A DNA stretch of 64,000 nt from Octopus vulgaris (lineage: Eukaryota). The notes beneath the pieces are model-generated. The model was not told where the DNA came from and did not search any database. It saw only the letters and a list, made by a program, of their open reading frames with translations. A program made the translations under genes and the position numbers. The stretch covers positions 5,952,001 to 6,016,000 of the forward strand of contig OX597814.1 of the NCBI GenBank assembly GCA_951406725.2, read 5' to 3'. This document shows positions 1 to 12,315 of this stretch, piece after piece (position 1 is the stretch's first letter; each line of letters begins with the position of its first letter).

Positions 1-310
1 TTTTTTTTTAAACTATCAAAAAGTATTAAAAAGTTTAATATAATATAATAAGTAATATAATATTACTTATTATATTATATTAAACTTTTTAATACTTTTT
101 GATAGTTAAAAAAATATAAAAATATAAAAATTTATAAATATAAATTTAAATTTTAAATTTAAATAATTTAAATTTTAAATTTAAATAATTTAAATTTTAA
201 ATTTTATATTTTATTTATTTTGTATCTTATATTAATTATATTTATTTTTATGTTTTGGTTTACGTCTTTCACTGTTTGAGTTGTCTAATAGTGGTTTTAT
301 CTCTAATTTA

Positions 311-358
<48 letters not shown>

Positions 359-432
359 TCCTTGTTGACACACAGACAGACAGATACACGAATCCCCTTA
401 GTAATAATCCAATGTTGATGTTTCTTCTGTAG

Positions 433-608
433 GTGTCACAGTAATATTGGTTACAAAGGCAAACCCCAAGGAATATCTCTCGGCCGTGGCTGCCGATCAA
501 GAGGAATTGTTTCTCATGAGATGCTACATACACTGGGATTTTATCACGAACAGAGTCGACCAGATCGAGATAATTATGTGAAAATAAATATGACTAATGT
601 AAAGGAAA
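433..608 (+). CDS. Astacin-MAM metalloprotease gene A, internal exon with zinc-binding motif
   Basis: Acceptor ttctgtAG (431-432), donor a|GTAAG (609). Translates (g)CHSNIGYKGKPQGISLGRGCRSRGIVSHEMLHTLGFYHEQSRPDRDNYVKINMTNVKE, matching the astacin signature HExxHxxGxxHExxRxDRD (zinc motif at 515-547). Phase 2 to 1. Absent from the ORF track. Confidence 0.96.
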
Positions 609-1229
609 GTAAGAATTAATGTTTCACTCAACCGTTTAATCAGCAGAAGAATTCTAACTAAAATAGAATTCTTCTGTGTTTTAATTATTTTTTTCAAAAT
701 AATTTAAAATCATGTCAGATTCAGGAAATTGATTACAAATGTTTCTATATATTAGTTTTGTATTTGTTTCTGCTGTAGTTGTTGATGTTTATATTTCCAC
801 TGATGAGGCCTAATAAGAAATATGTTTTGAGTTGTCTCCCTTGTTTGATCAATTCAACTTTGACGTTTGCTGCTCTCCAATATTTTCCCATATCATTGTA
901 TCTCTTCTGGGTTTGTTGCTGTCTTTGAAAACATTGGGCATTCATCAGTCATGTGGAATATTTATTATGTAAATATGCAGTGAGTGGGTGTTGAAAATCT
1001 CACCGTTTCAAGTGTTGAGTGGGTACATGTCTTTTACCAAAGGTTTGGGTTAACCCAAGTCTTGTCAGGGAAACTGGGGAAATGAGTGGCACCAGCAGAG
1101 TTACCAATCCCATGCCCAGTACTACCAGCCACAACACCATTAGCAACAGCATCACCAGCACTATTTCTAGGGATGAATACTGCAACTGCAGCAAGCACAC
1201 CAATATCACCAGAACCCATTCCCCCTGGT

Positions 1230-1645
1230 AACAGCACCGATGACAGCCCCAGCAACAGCAGTGTTAACAACTCCAGGCCCAGAGCACTCAGAACATACAC
1301 CAGAGGTGTGAACACAACCAGCACTCAAGTTTGGAGATATATCAGATTGACTGGAACTACTTTTAAGTGGCGCCTGTACAACCACAGATACTCTTTTAGG
1401 GTTCTGGAAAAATGTTATGTCACATCCTTGGCCATCCACATGTGGCACTTTAAGTATGAAGGAACTCCATACGAAATTAAACAGAAGATCATAGAGAAGC
1501 CAAGGTCCTATATAAGTGGGAGTGGAGGATGCAAGCTCTGCATAGCAGAGCAGGCAAGCCTCGCTTAGCCCTTAAAGCCTCACTGAGCCCAGACACTCTC
1601 TTAAACTCAAGACTTAAGTTCTATAGTTTAAGAGAGTGTTTGGTG
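1230..1645 (+). mobile_element. Penelope-like element relic, GIY-YIG endonuclease C-terminal half
   Basis: RYIRLTGTTFKWRLYNHRYSFR...TSLAIHMWHFK...KIIEKPRSY...CKLCIAEQ matches the PLE pattern YIGxTxxxFKxRxxNHxxSF...SxLSxxIW...CxLCLxEK. Confidence 0.8.
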
Positions 1646-2074
1646 ATATGAGGTTCTTGAGAAGACCTGCCTACCACATGACACTAAGTTCTGGAAATGC
1701 TTTGTAATTGACAAACGGGGAATCCCACACCTGCAACAGGTAGCATTTGAAATAGGGGATTCTCTGTTTGTCAATTAGAGCTGGAAAAAGTTCTTGCAGA
1801 CTGGAGACAGCTTAAGGGCAGAGATGTCCTGTTTGCCCTTTAGGTTCATAAGATTCGCCAACAAGACTAATTTAAGGGAGATAACTCATCCTGTTTAAAG
1901 CTCAGTGTACATTTATTCTTTGTTTACAAATTAATTGACTGTAATGGTTTTCTACCTCCAGTTTGAAGAGAGGTTATATACCCATGGCCATTGGAATCAG
2001 ATGAGTTTTCTATAAGGCTAAGGGCTTTGTGTGAAACCATTGCTCACTCTATGACTAGACATAGACTTAACTGC

Positions 2075-3305
2075 ATCGACATTACCCAAATCACTGATCG
2101 TGGATCCTTGGTGGATGTTGTTTACCTGGACTTTGCTAAGGCTTTTAACTCTGTGCCACACAAAAGACTTATGGTGAAGCTCTCCGCGTTGGGCATAAGA
2201 GACAAACTCTATAACTGGTTGAAGTCCTTTATTTTTGGCCAAAAAGGGTTGTCACAGTTCTAGGACAGCACTCTTCATCCTATGAGATGACATCTGGTGT
2301 ACCACAGGGATCTGTTCTTGGCTCCCTTTTATTTGTTGCATATGTTAATGACATAGATGCCAACTTAAAGAATGCCACAGTGCTGAAATATGCAGATGAC
2401 ATCAAGCTGTACCTTGAAATAAAGAGGTCAGATCCTGTACACTATAGACCTCTATTGCAAGCAGACCTGGACACAATGCAGCAGTGGATCATGGACTGGC
2501 AACTCAAGCTGGCTGTGGACAAATGTACCACCATGCATTTTGGGAGGAGAAACCCAGTGTCCACCTACTCCCTCCACAACACTGGGTGTTATTATCGACA
2601 GTGATTTGCGTTGGACAAAACACATCGCTAAAATTGTCAAGAAGGCTGAGGGTGTCTTGGCATCACTCACCAAATCCTTTGTGAGCTGCTCTCTGGCTTT
2701 ATATAGCTATGGTAAGACCTCACCTGGAATTTGCATCACCGGTCTGGAACCCCTATGTTGCCCAGGATATCAATTGTCTGGAAGCTGTTCAACGACATGC
2801 AACCAAAAGAATACCCTCCATCAGGAATTTGCCATATTCTGAATGCCTTACTTCCCTGGGCATGGATACATTGAAACTCCGACGTCTGGCAGCTGACTTG
2901 GCAGACACCCATAAAATTTTTAACCATCTTACAAACAATAACTCTGAGCAGCTTTTCAAACTCCACCTGTCTAACACCTGTGGACATATTTACAAAGCCA
3001 GAAAACAGCACAGCTCCCATGACTTTTGGAAACATTTTTTCACGCTGAGAGTTGCTGAAGCATGGAACAAACTGCCGGCATCAGTTGTTAGTTGTCGGAG
3101 CACTGCATCCTTCAAAACTTCCATGCTTCCTGAGATTCGCCAACACTACACCTGATTTTCTCCCTCCATACACACACAAGCATGTATCTGACTCATACAC
3201 TGTTCACTTCCCAGACATTTGTACATTACTGCATACGCTTTATACACTCTTGTGACAAGTTGTGGTGCACCTGAGCACTGTATACAATAATTTAATTATT
3301 ATTAT
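2075..3305 (+). mobile_element. 5'-truncated CR1/L2-type LINE (RT and C-terminus), frameshifted
   Basis: VDVVYLDFAKAFNSVPH, SGVPQGSVLG, KYADDIKLY, VRPHLEFASPVWNP and FFTLRVAEAWNKLP occur across three frames; ends in an (ATT)n tail. Confidence 0.9.
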
Positions 3306-3369
3306 TATTTTTAAAAACATTACTGCTCTATCGTTTAGTTAGAGTGTACTTTTTAGGATATACAAAGCA

Positions 3370-3575
<206 letters not shown>

Positions 3576-3976
3576 TATGTATATATATATATATATATAT
3601 GTAAAAAAAATACAAACTGGGACGAGAGCGCAAAACATTTAGAAGACGATACAAAAAACACGGATGGGACATTCGAAGCCTTCAATCTTCAGTCAAGAAC
3701 CGGATCATATATATATATATGTGTATAATATATATATAATAATAATAATTTGAGGGAATATTATTCCTAACTTACAGGGAAAAATTCAATTTAGAAATAC
3801 TAAATCAAATTTCACAAAATACAATATATATATAAAAGTTAGAAAAAAGCCACATTTTATCAATTCAAAATGAACGATTAAATTACACCATCTAGAAAAT
3901 ATGTAATTTTCTAGATGGTGTAATTTAATTGTTTATTTTGAATTGATAAAAGGTGGTTTTTCTAACTTTTATATAT

Positions 3977-3977
<1 letters not shown>

Positions 3978-4008
<31 letters not shown>

Positions 4009-4580
4009 TTAACGTCCGCTTTCCATGCTAGCATGGGTTGGACGGTTCAACTGGGGTCTGGCAAGCTCGAAGGCTGCACCAGGCCAGTCAGATCTGGCAG
4101 TGTTTCTACAGCTGGATGCCCTTCCTAACGCCAACCACTCCGTGAGTGTAGTGGGTGATTTTATGTGTCACCAACACAGGTGCCAGACGAGGCTGGCAGA
4201 CGGCCACGCTCGGATGGTGTTTTTATGTGCCACTGACACAGGTGCCAGACGAGGCTGGCAGACGGCCACGCTCGGATGGTGTTTTCTTATGTGCCACCGA
4301 CACAGGTGCCAGACGAGGCTGGCAGACGGCCACGCTCGGATGGTATTTTTATGTGCCACCGACACAGGTGCCAGACGAGGCTGGCAGATGGCCACGCTCG
4401 GATGGTGTTTTCTTATGTGCCACCGACACAGCTGCCAGACGAGGCTGGCAGACGGCCACGCTTGGATGGTGTTTTCTTATGTGCCACCGACACAGGTGCC
4501 AGACGAGGCTGGTGAACGGCCACGCTCGGATGTTGTTTGTTACGTGCCCACAGCACGGAGGCCAGTCGATGCGGTACTGG
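3978..4580 (-). mobile_element. (GAT)n-tailed SINE-like element with six internal 62-64 bp tandem units
   Basis: (CAT)n, then ttaacgtccgctttccatgctagcatgggttggacgg...gatgcccttcctaacgccaaccactcc, then tandem units starting near 4163, 4225, 4289, 4351, 4415 and 4479. Many other copies occur (near 12410, 23720, 25530-25950, 27816-28020, 32271, 39160, 40000, 46200-46520, 50830-51125, 59600, 62390-63400). Confidence 0.8.
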
Positions 4581-4860
4581 CTATATATATATATATAGAT
4601 AGATAGATAGATATATACATACATACATACATACATCTTGTGATCGTGTGATTAACCAGACTATCAGATGTTGTTACACATCACTGGTTACAATGTGCTT
4701 TGCATCATTTTAGCTTTGAAATGATGCCAGTCTGCTGGCTTATGTGAGCTGTGCCCTGGTCAGAAGATCAGTCCACTGCAGGCTCATCCGTTTACAGCTG
4801 AGTGGGAACATATCTATCATCATCATTTAATGTCTGCTTTCCATGTTGGCACACACACAT

Positions 4861-4903
<43 letters not shown>

Positions 4904-4925
4904 GATATATGTATATATATATTTA

Positions 4926-5012
<87 letters not shown>

Positions 5013-5016
<4 letters not shown>

Positions 5017-5400
5017 GAGTGGCTGTGTGGTAAGTAGCTTGCTAACCAACCACATGGTTCCGGGTTCAGTCCCACTGCGTGGCATCTTGGGCAAGTGTCT
5101 TCTGCTATAGCCCCGGGCCGACCAATGCCTTGTGAGTGGATTTGGTAGACGGAAACTGAAAGAAGCCTGTCGTATACATGTATATATATATATGTATGTG
5201 TGTGTATGTGTTTGTGTGTCAGTGTTTGTCCCCCCTAGCATTCCTTGACAACCGATGCTGGTGTGTTTACATCCCCGTCACTTAGCGGTTCGGCAAAAGA
5301 GACCGATAGAATAAGTACTGGGCTTACAAAGAATAAGTCCTGGGGTCGATTTGCTTGACTAAAGGCGGTGCGCCAGTATGGCTGCTGTCAAATGACTGAA
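5013..5400 (+). mobile_element. tRNA-derived SINE family A (CORE-like segment)
   Basis: A/B-box-like head gtggctgtgtggtaag...gggttcagtccc, then cttgggcaagtgtc and an internal (TA/TG)n. Similar copies at about 29915-30330 (-), 36463-36858 (-), 54815-55225 (-), 59993-60300 (+) and 61662-62080 (+). Confidence 0.85.
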
Positions 5401-5429
5401 ATATGTAAATTGCAGCTGTGGTTAAGCGA

Positions 5430-5955
5430 ACCATCCGATCGTTTGTCCGTTGCCAGCCTCGCCTGGCCCCCGTGCTGGTAGCACATAAAAGCACCATCAG
5501 TCCGTGTCCATTGCCAGCCTCGCCTAGCCCCCGTGCCGTTGGCACGTAAAAGCACCATCCGCTCGTGTCCGTTGCCAGCTTCGCCTGACCCCCGTGCCGT
5601 AAGCATGTAAAAGCACCATCCGTTCATGTCCGTTGCCAGCCTTGCCTGGCCCCGTGCCGGTAGCACGTAAAAGCACCATCCGTTCATGTCCGTTGCCAGC
5701 CTCGCCTGGCCCCCGTGCCGGTAGCACGTAAAAGCACCATCCGTTCGTGTCCGTTGCCAGCCTCGCTTGGCCCCCGTGCCGGTAGCACGTAAAAGCACCA
5801 TCCGTTCGTGGCTGTTTGCCAGCTCTGTCTGGCACCTGTGCAGGTGGCACGTAAAAAGCACCCACTACACTCACGGAGTGGTTGGCGTTAGGAAGGGCAT
5901 CCAGCTGTAGAAACACTGCCAGATCAGACTGGAGCCTGATGCAGCCTTCCGGCTT
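5430..5955 (+). mobile_element. (GAT)n-family element fragment with seven ~61-bp tandem units, opposite orientation to 3978-4580
   Basis: Repeated caccatccgttcgtgtccgttgccagcctcgcctggcccccgtgccggtagcacgtaaaag, followed by gttggcgttaggaagggcatccagctgtagaaac. Confidence 0.8.
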
Positions 5956-6126
5956 CTGTGCTGGCATGGGTGGGATGGTTTGACAGGCACTGGCTAGGCA
6001 GAAGCCTGCACCAGACTCTGAGTCAGTTTTGGCTTGGTTTTTACAGCTGGATGCCCTTCCAAACACCAACCACTTCACAGTGTGGACTGGATGCTTTTTA
6101 AGTGGCACCTGCACTGACAAGGTGAC

Positions 6127-6165
<39 letters not shown>

Positions 6166-6390
6166 ACACGCACACACACACACGCACACACACACCCACA
6201 AATATATATATATATTTTTTTATTCTTTTACTTGTTTCAGTCATTTGATTGTGGCCATGCTGGAGCATTGCCTTAAAGGGTTTTTTTATTTGAAGAAATC
6301 AACCCCAGGACTTATTGCTTGTAAGCTTAGCACTTATTCTATCAGTCTGTCTTGCCAAACCACTAAGTTACAGCAACAATATATATTTAG

Positions 6391-6423
<33 letters not shown>

Positions 6424-6605
6424 TGTGTGTGTGTCTGTGTGTCTGTGTGTGTGGCCTATACATGGCTTATATTGCTAACAACAGGAGGTTTACTCCATTA
6501 TTTCTCACCCCCACCCACCAACCTCTTGGCTCACTTCTCCAGACAGTTCTTTTAGTGTTTGTTGTTCTTGATTCAATCAAAGACGGATGTAAGTTTGATC
6601 CTTTA

Positions 6606-7056
6606 ATTCCTCTTCATCACTCATATTTCATAACTCTTCATAATTCCTCTTCATAACTCATATTTCATAATTCTTCATAATTCCTCTTCATAACTCATAT
6701 TTCATAACTCTTCATAATTCCTCTTCATAACTCATATTTCATAACTCTTCATAGCTCATATTTCATAACTCTTCATAACTCATAGTTCATATCTCTTCAT
6801 AATTCCTCTTCATAACTCATAGTTTATAACTCTTCATAATTCCTCTTCATAACTCATATTTCATAACTCTTCATAATTCCTCTTCATAACTCATATTGCA
6901 TAACTCTTCATAATTCCTCTTCATAACTCATATTTCATAACTCTTCTTTATCACTCATATTTCATAACTCTTCATAACTCATATTTCATAACTCTTCATA
7001 ATTCTTCTTCATAACTCATATTTCATAACTCTTCATAATTCCTCTTCATAACTCAT
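6606..7056. repeat. Almost G-free minisatellite built from ttcataactc / ttcataattcctc / atatttcataactc subunits (higher-order unit about 37 bp)
   Basis: Directly visible tandem repetition ending about 120 nt upstream of the 7174 exon. Confidence 0.9.
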
Positions 7057-7173
7057 CCCACCCTGATTAACTTCTCAGCCAATATAAATATATTTTTATT
7101 ATTAATTATCTTTCCTGATCTTCAATTACAATTCATTTGTACAATGGAATTATTTTCCTTTTGTTTGTTTCAG

Positions 7174-7419
7174 AGGCCAAAAGCAATTTCTTAAAATTGT
7201 ATCCACCAATTGTTAGCACTCAGGGGCTTCCATACGATTACAATTCAATCATGCATTACAATCCATATGAATTTGCTATAGACCGAAGTATACAAACAGT
7301 TGAATCTCTCAAGGAAGGTGTAACAATTGGTCAACGCATTGGTATGAGTCAGTTAGACATTCTTCGAGTTCAAAAATTGTACGGATGTCCAGAACGGAAG
7401 ATAGTTGTCCGCCAACCAG
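7174..7419 (+). CDS. Astacin-MAM gene A, exon with Met-turn (SIMHY)
   Basis: Acceptor tttcAG (7172-7173), donor ccag|GTAAAA (7420). Encodes KAKSNFLKLYPPIVSTQGLPYDYNSIMHYNPYEFAIDRSIQTVESLKEGVTIGQRIGMSQLDILRVQKLYGCPERKIVVRQP. Phase 1 matches the preceding exon. Confidence 0.96.
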
Positions 7420-8062
7420 GTAAAAGGGTTTGTCCTAGTAATTCTTTAAAGAGAGTTTGTGGAAGAGACTGGGTAGCAGGGAGGTGTAGTGTGGATGTGA
7501 AGGGGGTAGGTTCAATAGAAGGATTTAATTAGGATGAAAAGGTGTTCCAGCATCATTCTTGCTACTAATAATACAGCATTGATATTCCTCCTCTAACGAC
7601 CTTTTCTAAATTAGTTATTCATCCCTCCTCACTTCTCAAAGGCTTTCTATTACCATTTCCTTATAATTTTTTTACTGATTCCATTCTAATTTTCCTTTTT
7701 GAACCATTCCCTGTAGGGTTCACTGTATAACCCTATAACTGCTACCTTCAGCTTCCAGAAAGTGGGTCCCTGTCAAAAAGTCTTAACTCATTAGAAACAT
7801 GTAGTCAGATCCACAGAATTGAGGACAACATGTACTTTGCTTTGTCCATTTTCCTAAAAATTTTATATGAACACATTGATTACATTGACCCCAGTACTCA
7901 ACTGGTATTTATTTTATTGACCCCGAAAAGATGAAAGGCAAAGTCAACCTCAGCGGAATTTGAACTCAGAACGTAAAGACGGATGAAATACTGCTAAACA
8001 TTTTGCCTGGTGTGCTAACGATTCTGCCGGCTCATCACCTTCAATTAATCATAATCATAATA

Positions 8063-8138
<76 letters not shown>

Positions 8139-8140
<2 letters not shown>

Positions 8141-9822
8141 GAACTTGAAGGCCTATTGTGCACCGTGAAAGCATTCAGCGATGACATCGGGATGGAGTTT
8201 GGACTTGAGAAGTGTGCCAAGGCCACTTTCCAGAAAGGGAAAGTGAAGACCACAAATTCAGTCGTGTTAGATGTTGACACAGTCATAAGAGAGCTTGAGC
8301 AAGAACAAACATACAAATATTTAGGGATAAATGAAGGCTCTGGTATTCAGCATGCAAGCATGAAAGAGAAAATCAGGAAGGAATGTTATAGGAGAGTTTT
8401 TCAGTCCTGAAATCTGAACTAAATGCATGTAACAAGGTGTTAGCTATAAATTCCTTAGCAGTTCCAGTTGTTACTTATAGCTACAATGTGTTGAACTGGA
8501 ATATGAGTGAAGTAAAGAATATAGATAGAAAAATACGCAAGCTGCTGAGTTGTAATAGGATGCACCACCCAAAGGCAGACGTAGATCACCTTTACCTTCC
8601 CAGAGCCCAAGGAGGTCGAGGCCTGATCCAATTTGAACTAGCTTACAAAACAACCACAATTGGACTGGCCAAATATCTCAAAATATCGAATGACTGGATG
8701 CTAAAGCTCGTGGAAAATCACGAGAAACGAAAGAAGCTTCATTCTATCATAAAGGAAAGCAAAAAATTTGCTATTGATCTCATGCAGGATACCCAAACTG
8801 AACAACCCGAGGGGAGTACGGCAACTATTGTTGCAAAGAAGGTGAAAATGATGGCAATGAAAAAAGCGCACGAGCAATTGGCTGATAGGTGGGAGGAGAA
8901 ACCTCTGCACGGCAAATATGTGACCCGCAGCAAACAAGCTGATGTTGACCAGAAGCAAACCCATCAGTGGCTACGGAGCTCAGGGCTAAAAGCAGAGAGC
9001 GAAGGTTTCATCCTGGCTGCTCAAGATCAAAGCCTATTAACCCGGAACTACCAGGCCAATGTGATGAAAAATGGAGCAGACCCAAAATGCCGATTCTGCA
9101 ATGACATGATTGAAACAGTGGACTACCTAATCTCTGGATGTAAAGTCTTAGCACCAGTGGAGTATAAATTAAGACATGACAGAGTTGGCCAATATCTCCA
9201 CTGGCTAATAAGTCGGCATTACAATATCAAAACTGCCGACAAGTGGTATAATCACCACCCTGAGGCTGTAACTGAAGGAGAAAATGTAACCATTCTGTGG
9301 GACTTTCCAGTACATACAGACCGAACCATCAAGGCCAATAAACCAGATATTGTTGTGAAAGACCAAAACAATAAAGTTTGCTTATTGATCGACATGAGCA
9401 TCCCCTGTGATCATAATATCTCAGCGAAAGAGTTTGACAAGCTCAGAAAATATAAAGACCTACTCATTGAAATTGAGAAAATGTGGCATCTCAAGGCGGT
9501 TACAATACCAGTGATTGTAGGAGCACTAGGAATGATCAAGAAGGGAACCGAAAATTATATGAGAATGATCCCTGGCTTACCATCCCTGCAAGAAGTGCAA
9601 AAGATTGTCTTAACTGGTACATCACATGTATTGAGAAGAGCATTGTCGATGTGAGAATTATTACGACCCATGTAATTTAATTTAACTTAAAAAAAAAAAA
9701 AAATGAACGAACTATTGAGTTTAGTTTAATGGCCTACCAATGTATACTATGAGTTTCTTTGCCCTAAGAGTCGGGAAGACACTCGGCAAGAAATGGAAGC
9801 AAATTTGAAAGAAGAAAAGAAA

Positions 9823-9824
<2 letters not shown>
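8139..9824 (+). mobile_element. 5'-truncated R4/Dong-type non-LTR retrotransposon (RT end, zinc knuckle, restriction-like endonuclease) inserted in (TAA)n
   Basis: DIGMEFGLEKC, YKYLGI, GGRGL, CRFC..ETVDYLISGC, RHD, PDIVVKD..LLIDMSIP and KLRKYKDL. One frameshift near 8400, stop at 9654, and a 3' UTR ending in an A-rich tail. (TAA)n flanks both sides. Confidence 0.92.
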
Positions 9825-9874
<50 letters not shown>

Positions 9875-9876
<2 letters not shown>

Positions 9877-10114
9877 TGTCTTAAAAAGATTGTCTTAACT
9901 GGTACATCACACGTATTGAGAAGAGCATTGTCGATGTGAGAACTGTTGCTGCTCATGTATTTTAATTTAACTTAAAAAAAAAAAAAAAAATGAACGAACG
10001 AACTACTGAGTTTGGTTTAATGGCCTACCAATGTATACTATGAGTTTCTTTGCCCTAGGAGTCGGGAAGACACTCGGCAAGAAATGGAAGCAAATTTGAA
10101 AGAAGAAAAAAAAA
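9875..10114 (+). mobile_element. Second, short 3' fragment of the same R4/Dong element in the same (TAA)n tract
   Basis: Near-identical to 9600-9820 (aagattgtcttaactggtacatcac...gaaagaagaaaa). Confidence 0.9.
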
Positions 10115-10135
10115 ATAATAATAATGATAATAATG

Positions 10136-10175
<40 letters not shown>

Positions 10176-10464
10176 TAATAATAAATGACCTGATGCAGTA
10201 CCAGGCAGTGTCTCTCATGGCTTCTGATCTTAACTGATTGGAAGTATTATCATGTACATTGTTCTGTCTTGGTATAAAAGATGTTCTACAGCAAATATTC
10301 TGCTCAATACCACAGATTTGCTTGTCAGTTGTTGGACCTTAACCAGTTGAGCATGTCCCTTGGTGGCTAACGAAATGTGCATCTCTGATCACGAGCAGAA
10401 GTAGTGGGGGAGCATCGTAGCCATGTGTTGAGAGGGATTCTTTGGGGTTTGAATATGTTTCCAG

Positions 10465-11422
10465 AGGTGAATTATTCAAACATAGCATGGTATGTAAAAA
10501 TGCCACAGAACCACTATTATTAGAAGTAAGAAGGGCAGGCTTGTGTAGGATGGAAGATTGCAAAGATAAAGTATTGTACAAGCACTTGAGAATGAATGAA
10601 ACTGAAAATAGGTGAGCAAAGAAAAGAATGCATGGACAAATTCATAGGGATGTTGAAGATACGACAGACAGAGGAAAAAGATGGCTGTGGATGACTAAAA
10701 GTGATTTAAAACTGGAAACAGAGGCTCTAGTCTGTGCTGCCCAAGAACAAACTACATAAAATACAGAATAGACAACACAGCAGAAAATGATAAGTGTAGA
10801 ATCTGAGGACAAAACTGTGAAACTGTATGGTATATTACCAGCCCAGAAGGAATATAAGAAATGCCACAACAATACAGCAAGGCTCGTCCATTGGACACTT
10901 TGCAACAAGTATGGATTTGACTAAGAAAACAATTGGTATGACTACAAACCCGAAGGTATCATCAAAACTGATAATGCAAAGATCCTGTGGGATTTTATGA
11001 TTCAGTGCAACTATGAGATAGAGAATAGGAAGCCGGACATAGTCTTAATTCAGAAAGAAAGCAAACTATACTGGATCATAGATATAGAATGCCCAGCTGA
11101 CAACAAGGTATGCAATAAGGAAGAATGAAAAGTTGAGATATATGACAGGTTAGCTTGGGAAGTTAAGCAGTTGTGGTCGATGAAAAAGGTAGCAGTAGTA
11201 CCAATAATTGTCGGAGCCCTGGGAACAGTGAGTAAAAATCTCAAGAAGTATGTGGAACAAACAGGGGCTGCAATAAAGGTGGAGCACTTGCAGAAAACAG
11301 CACTGCTTGGAACTGCTCGAATACTCTGGAAGGTGCTTGAAAAATTAGGTGTTACTTTAGTTCACTGGTAGTGAACTGCTGGCACCGTAGTACATCTCCA
11401 GCATTAGAAGCTGTGCAATGAC

Positions 11423-11425
<3 letters not shown>
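10465..11425 (+). mobile_element. Older, degenerate R4/Dong-related LINE (different subfamily) ending in (TAA)n
   Basis: WLWMTKSDLKLETEALVCAAQEQ, KILWDFMIQC, RKPDIVLI and VPIIVGALGTVSKNL...LQKTALLGTARIL, interrupted by stops and frameshifts. Confidence 0.8.
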
Positions 11426-11503
<78 letters not shown>

Positions 11504-11524
11504 TTCTTTAAATTTTATTAATAA

Positions 11525-11903
11525 CTAGCAGTATCACCCGGTATTGCTTGGGTTTGTAAGGGAAATAACTATATAAGCATTTTTAGAGAGTTATAGCCAA
11601 AAAATAGAAAAAAATGCATTAAAAATGGGAAAAAAATGATGGTAAATTTTTTTTAAATCGTTGACTCATCGTAGACATTTTTAGAGAGTTACTTTCCTTA
11701 TATAATAGCAAAAAAAATGCATTAAAATGGAAAAAGATGATGGTCAATTATTTTTTTAAAAATCGCTAATACCCAGAAGGGCTCAATATGAATCACGACT
11801 ATAAGATACCCAGTTTTGGTTAAACTGCACCGCAAAATGTGGGAGTAGTTAGGAATCTAAATCGTAGGAGACAGACACACAACTTCTCTTTTATATATAA
11901 AGA
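11525..11903 (-). mobile_element. Non-autonomous Helitron
   Basis: Minus strand starts A|TCTTTATATATAAAA and ends CTAG|T, with a subterminal hairpin (acccggtattgcttgggt, 11536-11553). No target-site duplication. Confidence 0.75.
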
Positions 11904-12150
11904 TAAGAATGAAAATAAGTCCTAGCTTCAAAAGGCCTTGGAGAAAATAGAAAAGTAAAATTATTTATTCTATGAAAGAAGGAATATGGAGCAGAATCAG
12001 TATTTGTTGAAAGGTTGGCCATGTGCGGCATCTGGAAATATCAACCAAGAATGAGATGAGAGTTTCACAAACATTTCCATTAACAAATATATTGTAATGA
12101 GATTTCATTTGAAAATTGCTTTCTTTTTCATCAATGTCCATTGACGGCAG

Positions 12151-12315
12151 CTGGTTTGGTGACCCCAAACTGTACCTTTGATAGTGATCTGTGTGGATGG
12201 ACCCATGGCGAAATTAGTCCAAATGTGAAAAATAACACTTGGATCAGAGAAAATGAGGAAACCTTTACTTGGAAGACAGGACCTTCCAGGGATCATACGT
12301 ATGGAACATTTGAAG
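12151..12315 (+). CDS. Astacin-MAM gene A, MAM domain exon 1
   Basis: Acceptor gcAG (12149-12150), donor aag|GTGAG (12316). Encodes AGLVTPNCTFDSDLCGWTHGEISPNVKNNTWIRENEETFTWKTGPSRDHTYGTFE, containing the MAM motifs CxFdxxlCgW and TGPxxDHT. Phase 1 to 1. Confidence 0.95.

Noticed and set aside
795-960. Two CTGATGA motifs in inverted orientation (about 800 + and 945 -)
   Set aside because: Could not close helix II and helix I around a GAAA, so at most hammerhead remnants.
1590-1782. Two short imperfect inverted repeats after the GIY-YIG relic
   Set aside because: Real but short (about 18-27 bp arms); most simply part of PLE-end rearrangement and not separately interpretable.
4163-4545. CRISPR-like regular repeat array (also 5430-5860 and 32445-32835)
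   Set aside because: Units are contiguous tandem copies with no unique spacers, lie inside a SINE-like element in eukaryotic DNA, and there are no cas genes.
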